Below, piece after piece: positions 51,873 to 61,902 of a DNA stretch of 64,000 nucleotides. Source of the stretch: Podospora anserina (lineage: Eukaryota); contig CM030338.1 in the NCBI GenBank assembly GCA_017654855.1, forward strand, positions 62,001-126,000. The letters are read 5' to 3'. The notes beneath the pieces are model-generated. The model ran no database searches and was not told where the DNA came from. It worked only from the letters and a program-made list of their open reading frames with translations. Every line of letters begins with the position of its first letter. Position 1 is the stretch's first letter. Both the position numbers and the translations under genes were made by a program.

Positions 51873-52506
51873 TATTAATGTATAGGTATTACTAAGTGCC
51901 TTACTTACTACCCTATAGATTAATATTATAGTGGGCAGTACTGCTATAAGCAGTAATAGAACTTCCCGGCTTAAATCCCTTTAGAATATTCTTTATAAGG
52001 GACCCTTAAAGGCTTATAGGGCTACTGTGGCCTGAGGCTTAGTTAATGGATATTAGAACCTTCTAAAGTGGCTACAGGCTTACGTAGTAAGTTGCTACAA
52101 TGGTGTGATTTACAGGGCACCTTTGCTACTGAAGGTTCTATAGATTTCCATAAGGCTATACTAGACCCACCTAAGCCCACTAAATACCCAAAGTAGTATA
52201 GGGGCTTCCAGGGCTTACAGGACCTACAGTAGGCCTACGAAGGCCTATATATAAACCTCTCCTCTCTCCTATAGAATAATTCTTTTCTTTCTTTCCTTAA
52301 GGGCAAAAGCTTAAGGCTAAGGCCAAAGGCTAAAGCTAAGGGTAATAAAGGCAATTTTTATTCTTTATACCTTACTGTATTACAGTGCTTTACCTTCCTT
52401 CGGCACTCCCGTCGTATCCTCCCGCTTCCGCTTGCGCACTGCTGTATTTTATAGTAACCCTGTATAGGTTCTATATTATAAGCCTATTAGGGCTTACTAG
52501 CTAACA
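51873..52506 (+). repeat. 3' LTR of copia C
   Basis: Direct repeat of 4047-4680, preceded by the PPT. Confidence 0.95.
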
Positions 52507-52511
52507 ATATT

Positions 52512-55500
52512 ATTATATTTAACGCCGGTTATTATATTTTTTAATTTTAGTAATTTAAGAATAAAGTTTATTATAATTAAACTTTATAATTATTCTATTA
52601 CTAATAATAACTTTAGAAATCTATAAAGCTTATACCTCGTAACCTTCGTTTTTTTATATATATAGTATAATTAAATAGCTTCTTTAATATCGTCTTTAAT
52701 CTTTAACTAATTAAAATATTATTTAATTTTTTCTATAATCTTCGCGATATCTATATATCCTCCGAGCTTCGATCTATAAATTTTTATTGCTAGTATCGTT
52801 CCATTATTTAGTATTACGTACGTTCGATTTTTATATTATAGTCTTCCTTAATTATTCTTTTAGATACTTTATAGCTTTAATTTTTCCTATTAATATTATT
52901 CTATAATATTATTATTTAGCTTTCCTTAATACTTATTATTAAAAGTAATTTACTTACGATATACTATGTAATACTTTATTTATAATTAAAGTAAATACTT
53001 AAAAGTACCTTCTAACGTTTCTTTAAATAATAGTAGTAACTCCCTAGGTACATCCTTATAGTAATCGGCTCGCCGGCTAAATGTATTTGCTTTAGCGTTC
53101 TCCGAATCTTTTTTATAATTAATTTAGAAATTAAATTCTAAAAGAAATTCTAATTATCGCGTTTACCGCGCGTTAAAGACCTTTATAGTAATAAAGTATT
53201 ATAGATTTTTATAATCCGTATAGACCTATACCTTATAGTTAGTACTATTAAGGTATAGCCTTTACTTTTTAAATACTTTAATAATAGCGAGTAGCTTTTT
53301 ATTATAGATTAGGTAGTTTTAACGTACTCCTTTTAGTTTCTTCGAAAAGAAAGTTATTAAATATAATTTCCCGTTATCGTTTCGCTATCCTAATTACTTA
53401 CCGATTGTATAGTTTAATATATTAACCTTAACCTCGAACGGTCGACTAGGGTTTAGTAATTTAAGTACCGGATCTTTTAAAATAACTTTTTTTAGTTTCT
53501 AAAAGATTTACTCCTCTTTCTACCCCTACCGAAATTCTATATCCTTTTTAATTAAATAATTAAATAATTATATAATTCTTACGTACTTATAAATAAATAT
53601 TTAATAGAAATTTATAAACCCTAAGAATTCCTTAACGTATATTTATAATTATAGTATAAATTAATTTTTAATTACTATAATTTTCCTAAATTCTATATAA
53701 ACTTTATTTAACGATATTAAATATTTTAAATATATTATTTTTTATATTTAGAACTTACTTTTCTCTTTATTAATTAAGAGTCCGGTTCTATATAGCGCGT
53801 TAAGTATCTTTCGTACGTATCGCTTATACTCCTCTAAAGTATATAAATAGATAAGAATATTATTAAAATAATATATTATTATTTTATTAAGGTATTTCCG
53901 GATTATATAGTTAATAAGAGATTAAAATATTACGGGTATATTAGTTAGTTTAAATAGTATTACGAGATACTTAAAATAATTATAGGGTATGTAAAACGCT
54001 ATTTTTTATTTATTTCCTTCTTTAATTTATATATAGGTATACCTAATAAGTATATTTAAGCGTATAAAATAGCGTACCTTTACTAATTAACTTTATAATT
54101 TAGATATTAATAGTAATAAGTAATTATTTTTTACCGTCTCGTTATTTAATTAACAGTAGTTTATATATAGTCGTAAGTTATTATTTTTTGTCGGTACGAA
54201 GAATATAGGGTATTTTATTAGTAATATAGATTCTTTAATATATTTTTTTTTAAATTTTTATTTAAATATTTCCGTAACTTTTTACTTTATTTATTATCAG
54301 TATAATAAATTTTAAATAACTATAGTTTAAATTTTTTTTTAATTTAATTTTATAATCCTACGGTTTTTACTTTAAAAGTCCCTTTAAATATTTAATTATA
54401 AAAACTAAATATCCTCGATATTTTATTAATACCGTTTTTTTCTCGCCTTTTTTTATATTATTATAGTAAGTATATATTAGCTGGTAAGCCCTGATAGGCC
54501 TATAATATAGAACCTATACAGGGTTGCTGTAAAATATAGTAGTGCGTAAGCGGAAGCGGGAGGATACGACGGCGGTGCCGAAGGAAGGTAAAGCACTGTG
54601 ATATAGTGAGGTATAAGGAATAAGAATTGCCTTTATTACCCTTGGCCTTGGCCTTTGGCCTTAGCCTTAAGCTTTTGCCCTTAAGGAAAGAAGGAGAACT
54701 ATTCTACAGGAGAGAGGAGAGGTCTATATATAGGCCTTTATAGGCCTACTGTGGATCCTGTAGGCCCTGGAAGCCCCTATACTATTTTAGGTATTTAGTA
54801 GGCTTAGGTGAGTCTAGTGTAAACTCACGGAAATCCATCGAACTTTCGGTAGCAAGGGTGCCCTGTAAATCATGCCATTGTGGCGACTTACTACATAAGC
54901 TTATAGCCACTTTAGAAAGTTCCAGTATCCTATTAATTAAGCCTTAGGCCACAGTAGCCCTATAAGCCTTTAAGGGTCCCTTGTAAAGAATATTCTAAAG
55001 GGATTAAAGCCGGGAAGTTCCATTACTGTTTATAGCAGTACTGCCCACTGTAATATCAATCTGTAGGGCAGTAAGTAGGGCACTTAGTAGTACCCACACA
55101 TTAACAGTATATTTATTAATCTCCGATATTTTTATTAATATCGTTAACCTTACTTTTTTAATTTTATTATTTATATCGATAAAATATATTATTACTTTTT
55201 AAGTTTTTTACGGTAGTACCGTGGAGGGTGCTTATCCTATACTTTACTCTATATGTACGTTTAATTTCCTATTATTAATTAAATACTTTTAAGGTTTTTT
55301 TAATTATAAATAATTATTATTTTTTTAATCGATATTTAAATTATAATCTTTATACTATAGTTGTTTTAAAATTATATCCTTCGAGGGTCCTATATCTATA
55401 ATATTAAATATAATTAAAGTTATTTTTCCTTTAACTATAATATTTAAAGGTAGTATTTCCTTATAAACCTTTTATATAAAAAATAGTCCTTATATAATAA

Positions 55501-55950
55501 TTTCTTTTTTTTTATAGTATTTTAGTTTAATATACGAATTATAACGAAATTAAGTTTATTTTTGTATTTCCGTTTATTAATATTATTATTTAGATATTTT
55601 TTTGGTCTATTATAATTTAGAGGCGTTTATTCTTTTTACTTTTTTTTTATACGGTAATAACTTTATTAATAAATACCGGATTATTATTTTATACTTTCGT
55701 TTTACATTAATATTTATAAAAATATTATTTATAGTCCGTTAAAGGTTACAGGCCCTCGCGAAGGGCCGTAAATCGTTTTTTAAATAGTTATATTATTTAA
55801 AAGCGTTTTTTTACTCCGGGTTATTTAGTAATATAAAGTCTTTTAATTATACCCGCTTAACTTCCTTTTATTTTCCGTCTTTTACGTACCTAATATTCTT
55901 TCGTATATATATTTAATAACGGTTTTTCACTTTACTTTACTAATACCCGA
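52512..55950 (-). pseudogene. B pol (protease region, RT, RNase H, integrase N-terminus), interrupted by a solo C LTR
   Basis: De-RIPed AFxxPY(GH)F(E)YLV(MP)F(G)LTN at ~53945-54000, YF(DD)ILIY at ~53850-53872 and VYTD(H)KNL at ~53200-53230. Confidence 0.85.
54475..55106 (-). mobile_element. Solo LTR of copia family C
   Basis: Reverse complement of the C LTR (632 bp). TSD GTATA at 54470-54474 and 55107-55111. Confidence 0.95.
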
Positions 55951-55952
55951 TA

Positions 55953-57814
55953 ACGTATATAATAAGCGAGCGACGTAGATAAGCGAGCGACGCACTCTCC
56001 ACCACAACGCGTCTCTTTAATATCTTCTACTACAATTCATTACTAATAACCATGGACGGCCCTTTAAAAAAAGCGAGATTTCTTCTTACCCTCGAAGCTA
56101 TTTAAAATAAAGAGGATTTTAGTATCCGTACTATAGTTAAGTTATATAACGTTCCAGAAGCAATCCTCCGCTATAGGTATAATGGCCGACTAATACGACG
56201 CAATATTCCGATTAACTTACGTAATTTAATAGATTTAGAGGAAAAGACGATAGTTTAATACGTCCTTAAGCTATCTACACGCGTATTCCTACCTAAATTA
56301 AGTAGTATAGAAAATATAGCTAACTAATTACTACGCGTACGCGACGCGCCTCCTATTAATAAACGTTAGGTATATAACTTCGTTAAACGCTAGCTATAGC
56401 TCTATACGCGTTTTATACGTAAATATAATTACTAGAGGGCTAAATACGAAGATCCAAAAGTTATTACCGAATAATTTATATTTATACGGAATACTAAAGT
56501 TAAGTACGGTATTATAAATAATAATATTTATAATTTCGACGAAACTAGGTTTATAATAAATATTATTTTTATAAATATAATAGTTATAACCTTAAACGGC
56601 TTTAGTAAAATAAAATTAAGTTAGTTTAGTAACCGCAAGTAAGTAACGGTAATCTGAAAAGTTAATACTTTCGGTTAAACTATCCTACCCTTTATTATTT
56701 TAGTTATATAATACTATTTTATTAATTAATATACTAAATATAATTTACCGTTTACTTAATATATTATAATTATTAATAATAGTTAGATTATTAATCCGGT
56801 AAGCTTAAATTAAATTAAATATTTTAATTATTATATAGCGTTCTATACGAAAAGTAAATATTGATTATTAATCTTCGATAGCTACAAAAGTTATTATTTA
56901 ATTAAATTCGAACGCTATTATTAATAAAATAATATTATTACGTTTTATATACTTCTATACTCCTCTTACCTTCTTTAGCTACTCGATATTAGTTATTTTA
57001 GGCCGCTAAAATAGGTATATAGCCGCTAAATCGAAAGTTTAATATATATATATATTAATTATATAAATAAATTCGAGTTTCTTTATACTTTCCGCGAAAC
57101 TTTTTTCGCTTCTATAACGGAAAAAAATATATAGGGTAGTTTTACGGGTATTAGCCTTATACTATATAATTTAAAAAAAATATTTTTTAAATTAAATATA
57201 AAGCTTCGTACGCCTATACTTTTATCCTTAAGGCCGGGCACGGTATTACTTTAGGTATTCTAAATACTATAAAACTCCTGAGAAATTAATTTATAGTTAA
57301 CGCTTATTAAGATTTATATTACTAATTATTAAAATAGCTCTCCGACTTTAATATTAGTTATTATAGACTAGCTTATTAAGGGTACGATAGTTGTAATATA
57401 CTAGGTGGCCCTCCTTTAATTAAAAAACACTTCGCTCCGTAAAGCTAATAAGGTATTAAGTAAGCGCCGGAAAACTAAAAAAATATATATACGGCTCGGA
57501 GGATTACTTACTATATAAGATATATAGGATTTACTAGACTAGAAGGCCGTAAGTGAGGAGGTAGTAGAAGAAATATAGCCGGATAGCGGTAGTGCTAGGG
57601 GGGCTCGTACGAAGGTTTAGTACTGTAGTGTGTGCGGTAAGCCTAGCTATAATGCCCGCACTTGCTAGAAGGCTGTAGAAGGGTCTGATTCAGCTGTTTC
57701 TAACGTAATTATAGTTAGTTCTTAATATTATAGTCTAGCAATTAAGGATAGTTATAGTAAGGTGGTGGAGAGTACGTCGCTCGCTTGTCTGCGTCGCTCG
57801 CTTATTATGCACGT
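55953..57814 (+). mobile_element. Fot1/Pot2-like DNA transposon F2 (1862 bp)
   Basis: TIRs ACGT(G)(C)ATAATAAGCGAGCGACG(C)AGA(C)AAGCGAGCGACG. TA TSD at 55951-55952 and 57815-57816. Confidence 0.96.
56052..57725 (+). pseudogene. F2 pogo/DDE_1 transposase (~557 codons, RIP stops)
   Basis: ATG at 56052, IYNFDET(G)F at ~56525, LILD(G)(H)x S(H) at ~56867 and a C-terminal CSVCGKPS(H)NARTC. Confidence 0.92.
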
Positions 57815-57816
57815 TA

Positions 57817-58800
57817 ACTATAACCTCTATAACTTTCGGTCTTTTCGATATAGTAATTACTACGATCTTTCTTTTTTATTCGAATTATTTAAATACTTTA
57901 TAATCCTTTTTAAAGTATCCTACTTTATTATAATTAAAATACTTAAAATTATTTTTATTTTAATTTTATAGCTTTTATTATTAAATAGTATTAACTTTTA
58001 TAGGCCTTACGTATATAGTTCCCGAAATATAAGTTTCGTATAGCCGTCTTTTCCTTTTATCGTTAAGGTAATAAAGTCTTTATACGTATATACCCTTACG
58101 CTTTTTATAATATTAATATTATTAATCGTTAATATAGATTACTATTATAATATACTTATCGATAGTCTCTAATCGTTTTATTTAATATAATTTATCTTTA
58201 ATTTTTTCCTTAAGCCTATTATAAAATAACTATATTAACCCTTTATTATTAATTATACTATAAAATATATTTATTTTAAATACTATAGCGTAATTAGTAA
58301 TAAATCGAGTTTATTTAAAGTTAGTTAGTCGCTTTTAAGCACGCTTACCCTCGTCGTACTTTCTAAATACCTTAATTTTTTTTTAAAGCTTTTATACGAT
58401 TTAAAATATTTTTTCGTAATATCCTCCCTCTTATCGTATTTATTATTAAAGTAATTTCCTAAAATCAATTCGAACTAAATAAATATTTTATCTTTAAACC
58501 GGAACGTAATATATATAACTTTAAATTCCTCGTTTAAAAAACGAAAAGGGTAATACCGAAAGTAAACTTTAAATTAAATTAAGAACCCTTTTAGCTTTCC
58601 CTTTACGCTTCTATAGTAATTAAGTATTTCGAGCTTAATATATTTTCCCTCCTTACGTAAGGTACTAATTTCTTAATAAAGTATAATATTTTTTTACGTA
58701 AGGATATTATAGGAAAGGCGTAATTTATTTTTAAACTCTTAAATACGAGCGAGAAGCTAGTCGATAATAAACTAGATTAAGCCCTCCTAAATATTAATAT
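57817..58800 (-). pseudogene. B gag (boundaries approximate)
   Basis: Minus strand gives KLKGFLI(Q)FKVYFRYYPFRFLNEEFKVIY...(W)FE at ~58470-58600, a retrotransposon-gag pattern. Confidence 0.75.
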
Positions 58801-58867
58801 TTTTAACTATAATATTATTTTAATACCTTTAATTTATCCGTAATAAAATTAAAATAAATATATAACG

Positions 58868-59290
58868 TATAACGAACCCCTATTTAGAATCTCTAAAAGG
58901 AATATTAATTAAAGGTAACTTTTAAATAATTTTAGTTCGGTATAACTAAATAATATACAATAAAATATTTTAATATAAATATAAAATACCGTAAATATAA
59001 ACTTAAATTATATACTACGGAACTATCTATCTACACTAGCTAATTCCTCCGTATATATAGACCTCGTGCTAAGCCCTGATTATAGTAATTATTCCGCTCG
59101 TTCCTAATGATTATAATGATCGCTATAATCCTCCGTAGCTCCCTATTAGTTATGTTGCCGCGATTACTGTGTCTTCCCAGTCTGCTGTCTATAATCGCGT
59201 ATCCTTGTTCTGATTGGTCCTGCTAGCGATTGGCTGTGCGTCTTGTGCCCCGCACACGGTCCGTCCTGCCTGTTTGGCTTAACTGTGATA
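58868..59290 (-). repeat. 5' LTR of B
   Basis: Direct repeat of 1704-2126; its outer half is less RIPed. Confidence 0.95.
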
Positions 59291-59537
59291 TAGCTATATA
59301 TAAATAAGAGGGAGCGCCCAGCGCTCTCCGTATCGAGGAATTTAATTCCTCACGCAAGTAATTAAGTTTATTTATCTATAATCTACTCTTAAGTAGTTCT
59401 TTATAGAACGACTTATTATTAATAGTAAACCCCTTATCTAAGACGCTTGTTATAACCTTCGATTATTCTATTATATTTACTTCTAGCGTACTGCCTTACA
59501 GTCTATATCTACTCCCGGTGCAGGTTGTAATATTAAT

Positions 59538-60539
59538 ATATATGCATATTAAGCCCTCGATCTAGCGGCCGTACACTTATTTTAGCGGCCTAAAGCAGCC
59601 AATATCGAGTGGCTGAAAGAGGTAGGAGGAATATAGAGGTATATAGAGCGTAATAATATTATTTTACTAGCAGTAGTGTTTAAATTTAGTTAAGTAGTAG
59701 CTTTTATAGCTATCGAGGATTAATAACCGGTATTTGCCCTTTATACGGAACGTTATATAATAATCGAAATACTTAATTTAATTTAAGTTTACCGGATTAA
59801 TAGTCTAACTATTATCGGTAATTACGATACGTTAAATAAATAGTAAATTATACTCGGTATACTAATTAATAAAGTAATATTATATAGCTAAAATAATAAA
59901 GGGCGGGATAGTTTAGCCGAGGGTATTAACTTCCTAGATTACCGTTACTTACTTGCGGTTATTAAATTAAGTTAGTTTTACCTTACTAAAGCCGTTCGAA
60001 ATTATAATTATTATACTTATAAAAATAATACCTATTATAAACTTAATTTCGTCGAAATTATAAATATTGTTATTTATAATACTATACTTAACTTTAATAT
60101 TCCGTACGAATATAAATTACTTAGTAATAACTTTTAAATCCTCGCACTTAGCCCTCTAGTAATTATATTTACGCGTAAAACGTGTACGGAACTATAGTTA
60201 ACGTTTAACAAAGTTATATGCCCAGAGCTTGCTAATAGGGGGCGCGTCGCGTACGCGTAGCAGTTAGTTAGCTATATTTTCTACACTACGTAACTTTAGT
60301 AGAAAAGCTCGCGTAGATAGCTTAATAATATAGTAAATAATAACCTCCTTTTCGGATTAAGTAAGCTTCCTCGATCTAGGCGTAATATCGCGTCGTGCAG
60401 GCCGGCCGGCGCGTCGGTATCTAAACGTACTGCGATCGACGTTATATATCTTAATTATAGCTAATATACTTAGATTTTTATTATTTCGAAGAGCCTTAAG
60501 GGCTAAGATTATATGGGCTTCCTTTGAAGTAGATAGCAT
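59538..60539 (-). pseudogene. F1 transposase, N-terminal HTH and DDE part
   Basis: ORF track MLSTSKEAHIILALKAL...IYNVDRST is an HTH_psq-like start; IYNFDE at ~60050. The ATG is 99 bp inside the terminus, as in F2. Confidence 0.92.
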
Positions 60540-60596
60540 TTTGGAATGTTGAGAAAATGAGGTGTTGAGGTTGAGGTTACGCGTCGCGTGAAAAAG

Positions 60597-60638
60597 GTGG
60601 TCGCTCGCTTATATTAGTCGCTCGCTTATAATATACGT
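60597..60638 (-). repeat. F1 right terminal inverted repeat
   Basis: Reverse complement of 671-712. Confidence 0.95.
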
Positions 60639-60720
60639 TATAGCCGATTACCTACTACCTTGGAATCATATGGTAATAGGAATCAAACTTCTTCAGTTAG
60701 TAATATCAAACATTTGCAAT

Positions 60721-60801
60721 GTCGCTTTGGCGGAGTGGTTAACGCGCGGCCCTGCTAAGGCCGTTTCTTCGGAAGCGTAGGTTCGAATCCTGCAGGCGAC
60801 G
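60721..60801 (+). tRNA. tRNA-Ser(GCT): tRNA-Ser, anticodon GCT, no intron
   Basis: Acceptor stem GTCGCTT/AGGCGAC with discriminator G, A box TGGCGGAGTGG, anticodon arm CGGCC-CTGCTAA-GGCCG, long variable arm, B box GGTTCGAATCC. Confidence 0.97.
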
Positions 60802-60805
60802 CTCC

Positions 60806-60810
60806 TTTTT
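60806..60810 (+). terminator. Pol III terminator (T5)
   Basis: TTTTT 4 nt after the tRNA 3' end. Confidence 0.75.
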
Positions 60811-61281
60811 GATGATAGATGCACTTTTTCTATCTACATCTAGCTATATGCCAGATACTACATTGTTTTGTTGCTTCTGTTTATTGGGTTTTGCTTGATT
60901 CCTGGCTACCATCATGGAAATGGAACTTTTTAAAGTTAGTTCTAGAGTGTTCAGAGACCATTTATCCATCTGTCTAGACCAACATTATAATTCTGTGTAA
61001 GGATTCAGAAAATTCAGGTATAGTATGGTGTGCTTTATCTGGTATTAGAGTATTATATGGAGGAATGCAAACACTCTATAGCCAAGGTAAACTGGAATTC
61101 CATGTTCCTGAGACGAGTGTGGAAGCCTTTCCGGTGTTACTCGTCTGCAAAATCCAGGGTCAGCTATTTGACCATGAAAGCATACCTGCCAGATCAAGCC
61201 CAATACCCAAGTGTCCGCCTCTCACTCAGGCTACATGGTTGCCTGCTTCATGGCAGCATTCAGTGAATTATTTGCCAGCCA

Positions 61282-61902
61282 TCATGGAAACCTTCTCACT
61301 CCGCTGATTTGTGGCCATCTGGATTGCCGATAAGGAGTATACCTCGGTGTGGGCGGAAATCTGACAGGCGGTGGGACCGTGATAAAGCCAAAATTGGTTC
61401 GGGTTGCCATGCCTCCTGCATCGCCCATCATGCCTTCAGCGTTCGCAAATCCAAGGCCTCCTGGGCCCCTCAGTCGGTTCCAGTCCCGTGTCGAGGTATA
61501 ATATTCCCTTGTGACTTCGCGTTCACTCTCACTGTTGTCGCTGCCTCTGTCATAAACAATGACACGCTCCTGCCGTCGGCGTCGACGATGACAGGAAAGA
61601 CAACAGCATAGTACCAGAACCAGAAATGCAAAACCCAAGACTGACCCAAGCAAAGCGCCCAGTTGTCCAGGGGAAAGAGTGCCCGAAGATGGCGCCGGTG
61701 GGAGAGTGGCAGCAGGGGCAGCAGCAGGAGCGGGGGGTGGGGGAGGCTCCTCGGTTGGCAGAACCATATCAGCAACAGCCGTCGGGTCTCCTAGGGTGAC
61801 CAATGTAGTGACTGTTGTAAAAGCACGTGTAATTATTTGGGTGATGACTCTTGCCTCTCGAAGCTCAAGGGCGGGAGGTAAGGAGGAAGACTTGTCAGCC
61901 AT
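61282..61902 (-). CDS. Hypothetical single-pass membrane protein (~206 aa)
   Basis: The first ATG in the frame is at 61902 (the track's 62034 start is GTG). Thr/Pro-rich N-terminus, hydrophobic GALLGSVLGFAFLVLVL, CCCLSC cluster, RRRRR stop-transfer. Normal GC content. Introns not excluded. Confidence 0.7.
   Translation of the reverse strand: MADKSSSLPPALELREARVITQIITRAFTTVTTLVTLGDPTAVADMVLPTEEPPPPPAPAAAPAATLPPAPSSGTLSPGQLGALLGSVLGFAFLVLVLCCCLSCHRRRRRQERVIVYDRGSDNSESEREVTREYYTSTRDWNRLRGPGGLGFANAEGMMGDAGGMATRTNFGFITVPPPVRFPPTPRYTPYRQSRWPQISGVRRFP

Larger units (their letters stand above)
4047..52506 (+). mobile_element. Ty1/copia LTR retrotransposon C (~5.6 kb without its inserts; RT core missing)
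   Basis: 634-bp LTRs at 4047-4680 and 51873-52506. TSD ATATT at 4042-4046 and 52507-52511. GGTTATGAGCCC directly follows the 5' LTR. PPT AGAAGGGG at 51865-51872. Domain order gag, protease, integrase, partial RT, RNase H. Confidence 0.95.
1704..59290 (-). mobile_element. Ty3/gypsy chromovirus-type LTR retrotransposon B (~6.6 kb without its inserts)
   Basis: 423-bp direct LTRs at 1704-2126 and 58868-59290. TSD TAGCT at 1699-1703 and 59291-59295. Minus-strand polypurine tract next to the left LTR. Domain order gag, RT, RNase H, integrase, chromodomain on the minus strand. Confidence 0.93.
1432..59532. mobile_element. Solo LTR A (~509 bp; 1432-1703 + 59296-59532), split by gypsy B
   Basis: Begins TGTTAC and ends GTAATA (RIP of GTAACA). 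TSD TTAAT at 1427-1431 and 59533-59537. No internal coding sequence. Confidence 0.85.
671..60638 (-). mobile_element. Fot1/Pot2-like DNA transposon F1, outermost host; own sequence 671-1431 + 59538-60638 = 1862 bp
   Basis: Inverted termini ACGTATATTATAAGCGAGCGAC... at 671 and 60638, TA at 669-670 and 60639-60640. The two halves rejoin across the TTAAT TSD and are collinear with the uninterrupted copy F2, which is the same length. Confidence 0.95.

Noticed and set aside
57762-57971. 69-aa ORF with a hydrophobic tail
   Set aside because: It spans the F2 TIR into the antisense strand of RIPed B gag. The I/F/L/K/Y bias is an AT-richness artefact.
671-60638. Single giant cargo-carrying element (Starship-like), organellar insertion or CRISPR-like array
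   Set aside because: No tyrosine-recombinase captain, host cargo, organellar genes or repeat-spacer structure. The whole span is explained by nested RIPed transposons.
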